A stretch of 64,000 nt of DNA from an uncultured delta proteobacterium (GTDB lineage: Bacteria > Desulfobacterota > Binatia > UBA9968): assembly GCA_963745035.1 (NCBI GenBank), contig CAVUVW010000013.1, positions 544,001 through 608,000 of the forward strand. Direction: 5' to 3'. Below the pieces are notes generated by a model. That model ran no database searches. It saw only the letters and a list, made by a program, of their open reading frames with translations, and was not told where the DNA came from. Within the stretch, counting starts at the first letter, position 1. Every line of letters begins with the position of its first letter. Position numbers and translations under genes: made by a program. Of this stretch, positions 48,143 through 58,008 are shown in pieces.

Positions 48143-49114
48143 ATGGAAGACAGCGGAGAAAAACTCGAACAGTGGACGCGCTTTTACCAGCGCGCCCAAG
48201 CACTGCTGCGCGGCGGGCCGCGGGCGCTGCGCAAGTTGAGCGCCGCGGAGCTGGCGCGCCTGATCGACGACTATCAGGCGCTCACCGCCGACTTGGCGCG
48301 CGCCCGCTCCCTCGGCGCCGCGCGTGAAACGGTCGATCAGCTCAATCGCATCGCGGTCGCCGGGCACAATCTGCTCTATGGCCGGATTCGCCTGCGCGAC
48401 CACAGCGGACCGTCATACGGGCTTGGCGGCTTCGCGCGGGTCGTGCGCCGGCACGCCTGGGCCGTGGCGCTGTCGGCAATGGTTTTTTTCGGCGCCGCTC
48501 TGGCGAGCTTCGCCGCGGTGCAGCTCTATCCGTCCCTGGGCTACGATCTGCTCGCCGATGAGTTTCTCGACTTCGATCCCGCCAGCAAGGACAATCTGCA
48601 CGAGATCCCCAGCCTGGCGCGCCCGGTGATTTCCTCGCTCATCATCTCCAACAACATCCAGGTCACCTTGCTCGCCTTCGGCTTGGGGCTGACCGCCGGC
48701 ATCGGCACCACCGTGCTGCTGATTTTCAACGGCATCCATTTGGGATCGGTCGCCGGCTGGATGACCTTGCACGGCAAGGATCGAGCGCTGTGGGGGTGGA
48801 TCATGCCGCACGGCGGCACGGAGCTGTTGGCGATCTGTCTGGCGGGCGCGGCCGGCTACCTGCTGGCTGCCGCCATCGTCGCGCCGGGGCAAGTGCGCCG
48901 GAGCACCGCGCTCAAAAATATCGGCGGCGACGCGCTGGTGATCGAGCTCGGCTGCATGGTGATGTTGGTGATCGCCGGCGTGATCGAGGGTTTCGTCTCG
49001 CCGAGCGCCATCGACTACCCAAGCCGGATCGGCGTGCTGGCAGCGAGTCTGGGGCTCTGGGCGGCCTATTTTTTGGTCGCGGGCCGCAAGCCGCTGTCGC
49101 GCTCGCGTTCGTGA
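48143..49114 (+). CDS. Stage II sporulation protein M (SpoIIM/DUF95) family membrane protein
   Basis: Y....ADLARAR, NNIQV, PHGGTEL and AGVIEGFVSP. Confidence 0.9.
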   Translation: MEDSGEKLEQWTRFYQRAQALLRGGPRALRKLSAAELARLIDDYQALTADLARARSLGAARETVDQLNRIAVAGHNLLYGRIRLRDHSGPSYGLGGFARVVRRHAWAVALSAMVFFGAALASFAAVQLYPSLGYDLLADEFLDFDPASKDNLHEIPSLARPVISSLIISNNIQVTLLAFGLGLTAGIGTTVLLIFNGIHLGSVAGWMTLHGKDRALWGWIMPHGGTELLAICLAGAAGYLLAAAIVAPGQVRRSTALKNIGGDALVIELGCMVMLVIAGVIEGFVSPSAIDYPSRIGVLAASLGLWAAYFLVAGRKPLSRSRS

Positions 49115-49154
49115 CCCGTCGCCGTTTGTTGATCTGTCCGCGAGAGGAAAGCCC

Positions 49155-49793
49155 ATGGCCCATCGACCTGTGAAGAAAAGGCGCGCACACTTTTCCATGC
49201 TGCGAAACTATCAGCCGGCGGACCTGATCACTCTCGCTAACGGCGCGGCCGGCACGGCGGCAATCTTTGCGACGATGAGCTACTTGGTCGCGGCGGAAAT
49301 CTGGCGGCTGTATCTGGCCATGGCGCTTCTCGCGGTGGCGCTGCTCTTCGATATCGCCGACGGCAAGATCGCGCGCCGGCGCGGCGAGCACTCCCCCTTC
49401 GGCCAGGAGTTGGATTCCCTCGCCGACATCGTGAGCTTCGGAGTCGCGCCCGCCGCGCTCGCCTACGGCCTCGGCATGCGCGGCTTTCTTGACGCAATCG
49501 TTCTGGTCTACTTCGTCGCCTGCGGCATCAGCCGGTTGGCGCGCTACAACGTGACCGCCGGCGATCTCGCCGACGACTCCGGCAAAGTGAAATATTTCGA
49601 GGGCACGCCGATCCCGTCGAGCTTGATCCTCGTCGCCATTCTCGCCACCTGCGCCTATCTCGGCCGCATCGGCGACAATCTCCCTTTCGGCACGGTGGAA
49701 ATCGCCGGCGCCCGCTGGCATCCATTCTCGCTGCTGTTTTTCGTGAACGGCTCCACGATGATCAGCAAAACGCTGCGCATTCCGAAATTGTAG
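49155..49793 (+). CDS. pssA: CDP-diacylglycerol--serine O-phosphatidyltransferase
   Basis: DIADGKIARR...FGQELDSLADIVSFGVAPA, RLARYN and FEGTPIP. Confidence 0.85.
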   Translation: MAHRPVKKRRAHFSMLRNYQPADLITLANGAAGTAAIFATMSYLVAAEIWRLYLAMALLAVALLFDIADGKIARRRGEHSPFGQELDSLADIVSFGVAPAALAYGLGMRGFLDAIVLVYFVACGISRLARYNVTAGDLADDSGKVKYFEGTPIPSSLILVAILATCAYLGRIGDNLPFGTVEIAGARWHPFSLLFFVNGSTMISKTLRIPKL

Positions 49794-49880
49794 CGAGGTC
49801 CGAATTCGGCGTTGAAATTTGGCTCAGCGCCTGCGGGATACGATCCTGGAGTCGTGAAGACACTCGAGCGTGCGGTGACC

Positions 49881-50942
49881 TTATCCCTTGGGCGCCAGAA
49901 TCGGCCGGAGCTTTTCCTTGAGCGCGGCGGGCATGGACAAGCCTTCGACGATCATCTTGTGCAGCGTGGTACCGGCGATCGGGCTCACGGTCATTCTCGC
50001 CTTGTCGGCTTCGGCGATAAACTCCGGATCCTGCAACGACTTGAGAAACGCCGCTTCCACGGCGCGCACTCGATCCGGCGGCACGCCGGGCGGCATCGCG
50101 TACGGGCGGGCGTAGCTGTTGGGCTTGACGAGCCCGAGCTTGAGCATCTCGCGCTGCTCGTCCGTGCGCGCGTATTGGTAGATCGACGGCACGTTTTTCT
50201 GCGGCAGATCGGTCAGCGGCTCGTCCACCCACTGCGAGAGGATCAGCCATTCGCCGCTCTCGAAGTCCTTGTAGTTCGACGCGCCGAGAGTTTCCCAGCC
50301 GGTGATCACGCTGTTGACCTCGCCCGACTGCATGGCGAGACGAATCTCCGCGGTGCCTTTGAATCCGGTTACCAGCTTCACCTTCGCGCCCAACACGTCT
50401 CGCAGAAACGTCGCCGAATGCTGGATGCTGGTGTTGGGCACCGCGCCAACGACGACTTCCTTGCCGCCGCTCATGAAATCTTCCATCTTGGCGATGCCGG
50501 ATTTTTTCGTGACGACCATGATGTATTTGAAGATGTCCGGCGCGCCGATGTAGTTGAATTTCGTCATGTCGAACTGCACGGCCGAGGAGCCGTAGAGCTG
50601 CGAGGGCCAAATACCGCCGTCGAAGCTGTTGATCACCGTGCCGTCTCTCGGCGCCTGGCTGTAGGTGTAGTTGGCGGAGACCATAGTGCCGGCGCCGACC
50701 ATGTTGTTGACGAGGATCGCCGGATTGCCGGGGATGTATTTGCCGATGTGCCGGGCGATCGCGCGGGCATAGCGGTCAAAGCCGCCGCCGGCCGAGTGGC
50801 CGACGACGATGGTAATGGTCTTGCCGCGGTAAAAATCCGCCACGGCCTTCTCATCGTAGGCCGGCGCCTGTCCCGCCGGCGCCGCGCCCGCGAAACAGAG
50901 CGGCAATACAAAGCCGAGAACGATGGCAAATAGTCTAGTCAC
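49881..50942 (-). CDS. Bug/TctC substrate-binding protein
   Basis: GTG start after GAGGAGG; FYRGKTITIVVGHSAGGGFD, NMVGAG and PRDGT. Confidence 0.9.
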   Translation of the reverse strand: MTRLFAIVLGFVLPLCFAGAAPAGQAPAYDEKAVADFYRGKTITIVVGHSAGGGFDRYARAIARHIGKYIPGNPAILVNNMVGAGTMVSANYTYSQAPRDGTVINSFDGGIWPSQLYGSSAVQFDMTKFNYIGAPDIFKYIMVVTKKSGIAKMEDFMSGGKEVVVGAVPNTSIQHSATFLRDVLGAKVKLVTGFKGTAEIRLAMQSGEVNSVITGWETLGASNYKDFESGEWLILSQWVDEPLTDLPQKNVPSIYQYARTDEQREMLKLGLVKPNSYARPYAMPPGVPPDRVRAVEAAFLKSLQDPEFIAEADKARMTVSPIAGTTLHKMIVEGLSMPAALKEKLRPILAPKG

Positions 50943-51014
50943 GGCAGCCTCCTCGAAGAATTGGATCTGGAGTAATGGATTGAAAACCCAACACTCCAAT
51001 ACTCCACCACTCCA

Positions 51015-51656
51015 TTACTCCAGTTCTTTCTCCCCCAACTTCGCGACCAACGTTTGCGAATCCATCACCACGCCGAAGTGCTTGTCAAAGTTTTTAAGGG
51101 TTGCATCCTGTTCCTCTCGGGAGAAAGAGGCGTTGCAGTCCGATAAAAACAGGACTTTGAAATCGCGCATGGCACCGTCGCGCGCCGTGCTGTCGCAGCA
51201 GACGTTGGTCGCCACGCCGGTGACCGCGATCGTGTCGCGGCCGAGAGCGCGCAGCAGATTCTCGAGCTGCGTGCCGTAAAAGCCGCTGTAGCGAAATTTT
51301 TTCACCAGAATATCGGCCTGCGCCGGCTTTACCGGCTCGTAGATCTCCGCCCCCGGGCTGCCCTCGAAGTTGCTCCATTCGTCGTCGGCGTCATGGGTCT
51401 GCGGCTTGATGTCGGCGAAGATGCCGGCGTCCGCGAAGTCTTTGCGCTTGGTCGTGTGCAGATAGATGACCGGCACGCCGCGCGAGCGGCAAAAGCGCAG
51501 CAGCTCCTGAATGCGCGGCACGATATCTTCGGACATCGGCAGATAGCGCGCGCCGCGCGGGTGCACCCAGATGTTTTGCATGTCGACGACGATGAGCGCC
51601 GTATTGTTGACGGTCACCGGCCAACGCTCGGCGCCGCGGCCTGCAAGCTCAGCCAT
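51015..51656 (-). CDS. Isochorismatase-family cysteine hydrolase
   Basis: ALIVVDMQN, KFRYSGFYGT and GVATNVCCDSTARD. Confidence 0.9.
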   Translation of the reverse strand: MAELAGRGAERWPVTVNNTALIVVDMQNIWVHPRGARYLPMSEDIVPRIQELLRFCRSRGVPVIYLHTTKRKDFADAGIFADIKPQTHDADDEWSNFEGSPGAEIYEPVKPAQADILVKKFRYSGFYGTQLENLLRALGRDTIAVTGVATNVCCDSTARDGAMRDFKVLFLSDCNASFSREEQDATLKNFDKHFGVVMDSQTLVAKLGEKELE

Positions 51657-51784
51657 GTCTTTCCTCCCCCGGGCAGTTAGCCAGTGCTTACACAGTCCCT
51701 GCCCGGCCGTCAATCGGTAAACCATGTAGCTGCCTGCGAAAAACGCTTTGCGTTGTTCGCCGAGATTGTTGTAAGAACGCTCGC

Positions 51785-52756
51785 ATGAAGATCAAGCTCG
51801 TCGCCGGCTTTTTGGCACTGGCCGCTTATTTCGCTGCCCTCAATTGCGCCCGAGGCCAGGAAAAGGTGCGCGTCGCCATCTCCAATTTCTCGGCGTCGTA
51901 CATTTCCATGCACATCGCGCAGAAGCGCGGCTATTACGCCGAGGAAGGCATGATCGTGGAGGTCATTCTCATGGCCGGCCTGACGAGCACGCGCGCGCTC
52001 ATCGGCAACAGCGTCGAGCTCGGCTCGGCCAGCAATCCCACGGCGGCGGTGCAGGGCGCAAAGCTGAAAATTTTGATGGTCTTCAACGACAAGCCGCCCG
52101 GCATGCTGGTCGCACAGCCGGCGATCAAGAGCGTGGCCGATCTGCGCGGCAAGCGCATCGGCGGCTCGACGGTCGGGAGCTTGGAATACGGCTGGATGAA
52201 AGAGCTGCTGCCCAAGTTCGGCCTGCAACTCGAGAAGGACGTCACGTTCGTCCCGGTGGGATCGACCAGCACCCGCTTCACCGCGCTACGAGCGGGCACC
52301 ATCGACGCCTCGCCGCTCAGCCCGCCGTCGAACTTTCTGGCGCAGGACGCCGGCTTTCCCGTGCTGCTGCGCACCGCCGATCATCTCGAAGACATCCAGG
52401 CATCGATCGTCGCCACCGACGAGCGCCTGGCGCGCCAGGGCGACATGGTGCGCCGCTTCATGCGCGCGACGGTCAAAGGAAAAGATTATTACTTGGCGCA
52501 TCGCCAGGAGGGCATCACCGCGATCATGGAATTCACCCGCCACAAAGATCGCGAGCTCATGGCGCGGGTATACGACGACCATATGAAAACCATCGCGCGC
52601 GACGGAACCATCCCCGAGCGACTGCAGCAAATCGTCATCGACCGGAGCAAACGCCTCACCGGCGTTACCCGCGACGTGCGGCCGGAAGAGATTTTCGACT
52701 TTTCGTTCATCCGCAAAGCCCAAGCCGAAGTGACGCAAAGCGGCTGGAAGCCGTAA
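51785..52756 (+). CDS. ABC solute-binding protein, SsuA/NMT1-like
   Basis: Signal peptide; SVADLRGKRIGGST; IFDFSF. Confidence 0.9.
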   Translation: MKIKLVAGFLALAAYFAALNCARGQEKVRVAISNFSASYISMHIAQKRGYYAEEGMIVEVILMAGLTSTRALIGNSVELGSASNPTAAVQGAKLKILMVFNDKPPGMLVAQPAIKSVADLRGKRIGGSTVGSLEYGWMKELLPKFGLQLEKDVTFVPVGSTSTRFTALRAGTIDASPLSPPSNFLAQDAGFPVLLRTADHLEDIQASIVATDERLARQGDMVRRFMRATVKGKDYYLAHRQEGITAIMEFTRHKDRELMARVYDDHMKTIARDGTIPERLQQIVIDRSKRLTGVTRDVRPEEIFDFSFIRKAQAEVTQSGWKP

Positions 52757-52807
52757 TGTAGGCTATTTCACCTTCGATAAACCTCAGTCATGTTGGCTGA
52801 GCCTGCA

Positions 52808-53012
52808 TGTCATTCCGAGGAGCATCGCGACGAGGAAGCTGCTTTTCCTCGAGTGTCTGAGCGTGAGCAAGCAGAGAACAAGCAGATCCTTCGGCTCCGC
52901 CTCAGGATGACACCAAGAAAAGACTGTGAAAGCACTGTAATCCAATCACAAACGTGTGCTCTATTCTTCGCCTCGCGCTCTGGGAGAGGCCGCCGCGAAG
53001 CTGCGGTGAGGC
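52808..53012. repeat. REP-like pair (TGTCATTCCGAGG / AGATCCTTCG..CTCAGGATGACA) plus a degenerate GGGAGAGG..GGTGAGG REP
   Basis: Inverted TGTCAT/ATGACA ends at 52808 and about 52912; second unit at about 52968-53012. Confidence 0.6.
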
Positions 53013-53016
53013 AACT

Positions 53017-53916
53017 CTACTTCAACCATCCCCGTTCTCGATAAGCCTTCACCGCTCCCGGGTGCAGCGCCACGCCGCCGAACTCGAAAGCCGAAGCGCC
53101 GTTTGTGCGCAGCGGTTCGAAAAGATCTTTTAGCCCTTTGAACAGCGGATTCATCCGCGGCAGCTCATCGAGATTGCCGCTGATCGCCTTGGCCATGTCA
53201 TAGACGACGTTTTCGGGGATGCGCTGGTGCGTGACGATGACGTTGATCACCCCCACCTGCGTCACGTCCTCGACGACGCCGCGAAAAACATTCTTCTCCA
53301 TCACCACCGGCCGATAAAACGGCACCTGCGCAAGAATCTTGTCCATTTGGCCCGGAGCGAAGGGAACGACTCGGATATCGGCGCGGCGGCTGAGATCGGT
53401 CAACACTTTATTCGGGATCGGCGGATGAAACTGCGCGTCGATCTTGCCGGCGACCAAGGCATCCGCGCCCTCCGCGAAGCCCATGTGCGCCGGCGCGAAG
53501 CTGGCCAATGAAATTCCCAACACGCCGAAGATCGTGTGGATGTGCTGCTCCATGCCGCTGCCCCTGGTGCCGATCGCGATTCGTTTTCCCTTGAAGTCGG
53601 CCACGGACTCGATCGGCGAGCTCGCGAGCTTGACGAAACACATGGGTCCGGCATTGGCCGGCGCGACCATGCGCACCGCGATCGGCCTGGTGAACGGCGC
53701 AGCTGCGTCCTTGGCGCGGCCGATCCAATTCGACGCCATGAAACCGAACTCGAGCTCGCCGCGATCGAGCTGCTCGGCGTTGTGAATGCTCGCGTCGGTG
53801 GTCTGCACGACGCACTTGTCGCTTTCCGCCCGCCCGCGATTGAACAGCTCGACGATTGCCTGGCCTTGAGTGTAAAACGTGCCGCCGTGCTCCGAAGTGC
53901 CGATTCTGATTGCCAT
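53017..53916 (-). CDS. TAXI family TRAP solute receptor (no signal peptide evident)
   Basis: IGTSEHGGTFY, ASIHN, DFKGKRIAIG..GSG and LHPGAVKAYRERG; GGAGG RBS before ATG 53916. Confidence 0.85.
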   Translation of the reverse strand: MAIRIGTSEHGGTFYTQGQAIVELFNRGRAESDKCVVQTTDASIHNAEQLDRGELEFGFMASNWIGRAKDAAAPFTRPIAVRMVAPANAGPMCFVKLASSPIESVADFKGKRIAIGTRGSGMEQHIHTIFGVLGISLASFAPAHMGFAEGADALVAGKIDAQFHPPIPNKVLTDLSRRADIRVVPFAPGQMDKILAQVPFYRPVVMEKNVFRGVVEDVTQVGVINVIVTHQRIPENVVYDMAKAISGNLDELPRMNPLFKGLKDLFEPLRTNGASAFEFGGVALHPGAVKAYRERGWLK

Positions 53917-54071
53917 CCGTGTTCCTCCGTTTACTCGAACGAGCTCATTTCCCTTTACACCACGCCGCCGTCGACGCTGCAAATTGGCATCTTCTCGGCT
54001 TCCGCGACCGCCCAAAGCGGATCGTGGACTTCCCGGTGAGCTTGCGCTACAAGCCATCGCATGGCGCCTTT

Positions 54072-55205
54072 GTGAATCCGCAAAGACAACAGGATCGGCA
54101 CTTTTATAATTGGTTAAAGAACGTAAAGCCCAGTCGGCTTGGCTTGTTGTGGTTCTTTCTTGTCTCGATTTTGCTTCACGCCGGTCTACTTTGGCACCTC
54201 CGTTTCATTTCCCGCCACGTCCCGCGCCCTTTGATCTTTTCTAAAATTGCCATCGTTGCCGGTGAAGCCGAAACGCTCCCACCGGCGCAAGCGACGACTC
54301 AAACACCGTCGCCCGCTCGGACCTTCGCTGTGCCGCGCGATAGAAACGTCGCCTCGTCAGGAGTGAAAGATCCAGCGGCTTCCCGCAGCGAATCGTCTGC
54401 CGGGACCGGCAACACGGCAACCGGCGGGGAAGTTTCAGCGGGATCCGGCAACGTAGTCACCGACGACGGCGGAGTCGGTTTTGCCGGATCGGATTCCTCC
54501 GGCGGCGCCGTTAAACCGCTGGAAAGCGGACCGGGAAGCGGCGGCAGCGGACCGGCGAAGGGCAAAGGACAGCCTGCGCCCGCCAGAGGCGCTCCTTCCG
54601 CCGCCGAGAGCTCGGTGATCGCCATTCCGCCGGCGATCCAGCGCACCACGTCGCCCTACGAAAGCGAGGTTTACGCGGAAGCCGACTTCTACACGCTGTT
54701 TACTCCGGACCTGCGCGTTAGCGTCAACGTTCCAGGCAACGAGGTCTGCCTGGACGGAGAGATCCTGCGCACCCATGAACAGAAGATCCTGACTCAGCGG
54801 GTCACCGATATTTCCAAATGTCGCTACGAACTCCAGGGCGACGATCAGGAGCGGATGCGCTGCCCCCCGGAGGCTCATACGACAATCGTTACCTACGATC
54901 ATTATTTCTCCTCACCGATCAAATACATCGTGAATGTTTGCGCGGCTTACGACCAGTCGAGTTGTTATATTAACATGCGCGATGACGGACCGGACCAGGA
55001 AGTCTGCCGCGTCCGCGGAAATTACGAAGGGATCTGGGCCGCCGGCACGATGTTCCATTATCCCTGCATGAAATCCTCGAGCCAGTCGTTCAGTCATCCT
55101 CTGCAATACGAAGTTCGCTTTGTGCAGAACATCGAATTCCCCGATGCGCGGATGCGCCGCAGAGTATTGCTGCGAGAGAAGCGGCCGGTCGCGCCGTGCC
55201 GATAG
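54072..55205 (+). CDS. Hypothetical membrane-anchored protein: TonB/TolA-like anchor, low-complexity linker, Cys-rich C-terminal domain
   Basis: TM WFFLVSILLHAGLLW, Gly/Ser/Pro linker and 8 cysteines in the C-terminal half; start uncertain. Confidence 0.65.
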   Translation: MNPQRQQDRHFYNWLKNVKPSRLGLLWFFLVSILLHAGLLWHLRFISRHVPRPLIFSKIAIVAGEAETLPPAQATTQTPSPARTFAVPRDRNVASSGVKDPAASRSESSAGTGNTATGGEVSAGSGNVVTDDGGVGFAGSDSSGGAVKPLESGPGSGGSGPAKGKGQPAPARGAPSAAESSVIAIPPAIQRTTSPYESEVYAEADFYTLFTPDLRVSVNVPGNEVCLDGEILRTHEQKILTQRVTDISKCRYELQGDDQERMRCPPEAHTTIVTYDHYFSSPIKYIVNVCAAYDQSSCYINMRDDGPDQEVCRVRGNYEGIWAAGTMFHYPCMKSSSQSFSHPLQYEVRFVQNIEFPDARMRRRVLLREKRPVAPCR

Positions 55206-55339
55206 CCGTGGTCCCCTGCGCCCGGTAAGGGATCGCCGTATTGACGTAGCAACTCGAACTGTACTAAGCCTTCGAGCATAGAGCCCCACGATTCGGGACG
55301 TCTCGCACAACGTTCTAAGTCAACCCGAAAGGACACGCT

Positions 55340-56458
55340 ATGGCCATCATCGATTTGGATTCTCACCTGCGCGACGGCTGGATGCTCGACGACATTTATC
55401 GATTGCCCGAGCCGTTCGCGAAATACTCGCCCAAGCGGATCGGCGACGGCAAATATTTTTACTCCAAGTTCGAGCACGATCTTTCGCCGATGGAAGATCC
55501 GGTCGCCAACGCCAACTTCAAAAAGCCGGTGACCCACCAGGTATTTTACAATCCGGAGGCGAACCAGCGCGGCAACGAGGTCATGCGCTGGCAGCAGGGC
55601 GGCTACGACATGGAATACCGCCTGAAAGACAACGCCCGCGAAGGCGTCGACTTTCAATTAATCTTTCCCACGCAAATCGACATTCCGTCGCAGAATCCCG
55701 GCGCGCTGGGAGCAACGGTCGCTCGCGCTTACAATGATTGGGCGCACAAGCTCGTCGCCGGCCATCGCGATCAGCTCTCACCCGTCGCCATGATGCCGGC
55801 GGGCTGTCCCGAGCAGATGGCAAGCGAATTGCGCCATTGCGTCAACGATTTGGGCTGCAAGGCTGCCCATCTCGTGAGTTACACCAAAGAGCGGCAGATG
55901 GACGATCCCGTCTTCTTTCCCTTCTACGAAGCGGCGCAGGAGCTCGACATCCCGCTTTTCTGCCATCCGAGCACGCTCGGCGACTCCGGCACGCTGATCA
56001 ACCGACAAACTCATTTTTTCCCGATGCACATCCTCGGCCGGCCGCTCAACTGCGTCGCTCCGCTCGTCGCCATGGTGCTCGGCGGAGTCTTCGAAAAATA
56101 TCCACGCCTCAAAGTCGTGTTCTTCGAGGTCACGGCCGAGTTTTTGGTCTTCTGGATGCACCGCATGGACGACGACTACGAGGTTATAAAGGACGCCGGC
56201 ATGTGCCCGCAGCTAAGCATGACGCCGTCCGAATACGTGAAGCGAAACTGTTACATCACCTGCGAGTCCGACGAGAAGTGGCTGCCGCTCGCGCTCGCCG
56301 AAGTCGGCGAGACCCACGTGCTCATGGCGACGGACTATCCCCACTTCGATTCGACTTTCCCCAACACCGTGAGCGGCATCCGGGAGCGGCCGGATATTTC
56401 GCCGAAGCAGAAAAAATTGATTCTCGAAGACAACGCGCTGAACTTGATCCGTCTTTAA
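55340..56458 (+). CDS. Amidohydrolase-2 family protein
   Basis: IIDLDSH, IFPT, ARAYNDW, FCHP and ATDYPHFD. Confidence 0.9.
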   Translation: MAIIDLDSHLRDGWMLDDIYRLPEPFAKYSPKRIGDGKYFYSKFEHDLSPMEDPVANANFKKPVTHQVFYNPEANQRGNEVMRWQQGGYDMEYRLKDNAREGVDFQLIFPTQIDIPSQNPGALGATVARAYNDWAHKLVAGHRDQLSPVAMMPAGCPEQMASELRHCVNDLGCKAAHLVSYTKERQMDDPVFFPFYEAAQELDIPLFCHPSTLGDSGTLINRQTHFFPMHILGRPLNCVAPLVAMVLGGVFEKYPRLKVVFFEVTAEFLVFWMHRMDDDYEVIKDAGMCPQLSMTPSEYVKRNCYITCESDEKWLPLALAEVGETHVLMATDYPHFDSTFPNTVSGIRERPDISPKQKKLILEDNALNLIRL

Positions 56459-56471
56459 CCGACGAGGTTGT

Positions 56472-56571
56472 TCACCACGAAGGACGTAAGAGCACCAAGT
56501 CTTGTGTAGGGGCTGATTTTAAACCCGCCCCTACATCCAATTCTTCGTGCTCTTCGTGACCTTCGTGGTGA
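56472..56571. repeat. Inverted TCACCACGAAGG / CCTTCGTGGTGA element with a nested GTAG-type REP
   Basis: Perfect 12 bp terminal IR; internal TGTAGGGGCTGATTTTAAACCCGCCCCTACA at 56505-56535. Confidence 0.75.
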
Positions 56572-56596
56572 GAAATTTTCTCCAGGAGAACTATCA

Positions 56597-57601
56597 ATGA
56601 CTCGCCAAGCGATGCTCGCGCTCTCCCTCAGTCTATTCTTTCCGATTACCGCTGACGCTCAGGATGCCAAGCTCGTCGACGCCGCTAAGAAGGAAAGCGG
56701 CGCGATCGTCGCCTACGGCTCACTGGAATCGAACACGGTCGAGCCGATCATCGAAGCGTTCAAGAAAAAAACCGGGTTGACGGTGGAATACTGGCGCGCG
56801 TCGGCGACCAAGGTCATGGACCGCGCTCTCGCCGAGTTTCGCGCCGGCAAATCGGTCTTCGACGTCATGGTGAACAACAGCGGCGCAATTCACGTGATGA
56901 AGAAAGACGGCCTGTTTGCGAAATACATCTCGCCCGCTGCAAAAGCTTTCCCCACAGAAGTCATCGATCCGCAAGTCGGCCCGGTCTATCGCAACACGCC
57001 GGTCGGGATCGTTTACAACAAAGGCCAGGTCAGCGCCGCCGACGCGCCAAAATCCCTCGAAGATCTGCTCAATCCCAAATACAAGGGCAAGTTCGTCATG
57101 CCCGATCCGACCCAGCACACGACCACGCTCCAGTGGCTGTCGAGCTTGTACAAGATCATGGGTAAGGAAAAAGCCGACAAATTCATCCGCGATCTAGGCG
57201 CAACCAAGCCGCTGATGGTCGAATCCTTCGCGCCGTCGGCAGAGCGCGTGTCGACCGGCGAGACGCCGATCGCGATCAGCCTCATCCGCTACACGGTGAC
57301 CTACGGCGAGAAAGGCGCTCCGGTGGATTACGTGCGCCTCGGCAAAATGCTGAGCACCGGACAATATTTGGCGCTCAGCAGCAAGGCGGGTCGTCCCAAC
57401 GGCGGCAAAGCCTTTATCGATTTCTTTCTCGGCGACGAGAGCATGAGAATCCTCGCCAAGATGGGCGAGTTCGTGAATCGCAAAGGAATCTACCCGCCGC
57501 TGCCCGGTGCAGACAAAGTTCAATCGGTGGAGATGGACGACTTCGACGCGAATCAGTTCAAGGAAAAGGCTCAGGAGCTGCAAAAGATCTTTTTGAAGTA
57601 G
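56597..57601 (+). CDS. Extracellular solute-binding protein (AfuA/FbpA-like cluster D)
   Basis: Signal peptide; AAKKE...VAYGS, YNK, PKSLEDLLNPKYKGK and KAFIDFFL. Confidence 0.85.
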   Translation: MTRQAMLALSLSLFFPITADAQDAKLVDAAKKESGAIVAYGSLESNTVEPIIEAFKKKTGLTVEYWRASATKVMDRALAEFRAGKSVFDVMVNNSGAIHVMKKDGLFAKYISPAAKAFPTEVIDPQVGPVYRNTPVGIVYNKGQVSAADAPKSLEDLLNPKYKGKFVMPDPTQHTTTLQWLSSLYKIMGKEKADKFIRDLGATKPLMVESFAPSAERVSTGETPIAISLIRYTVTYGEKGAPVDYVRLGKMLSTGQYLALSSKAGRPNGGKAFIDFFLGDESMRILAKMGEFVNRKGIYPPLPGADKVQSVEMDDFDANQFKEKAQELQKIFLK

Positions 57602-57612
57602 GAGGCATGGCC

Positions 57613-58008
57613 ATGGCTACTCGAGAATATCTCAAGAGCGACGCGCGCCAGCGCGAGCGCGCCTATTCACCCGCGGTCAAGATCACCGGCGGCACGACGA
57701 TCTATCTGGCCGGCCACACGGGTTATCAGGATGAGCGCGGCGAGACCTACCCCAATAACTTCGATGGCCAAGTGCGCGTCGCTTTCGAGCGTATGCGCAA
57801 GACTCTCGAAGCCGCTGGCGGTAAACTCGAGGATGTCGTGACCATGACCGTCTTTGTCACCGACATGGCCAACGGCACCCGCTTCACCCAGCTACGCAAG
57901 GAATTTTTTCAGGAGGACCGCTACCCCGCCAGCGCGCTCATCGGCATCAAAGAGCTTGCGCGCCCGGAAATGATGATCGAGATTCAAGCCATCGCGGTCG
58001 TAAACTGA
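57613..58008 (+). CDS. RidA/YjgF family protein (alternative start 57607)
   Basis: YSPAV, IYLAGH, LEAAGG, YPASALI and IEIQAIA. Confidence 0.9.
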   Translation: MATREYLKSDARQRERAYSPAVKITGGTTIYLAGHTGYQDERGETYPNNFDGQVRVAFERMRKTLEAAGGKLEDVVTMTVFVTDMANGTRFTQLRKEFFQEDRYPASALIGIKELARPEMMIEIQAIAVVN

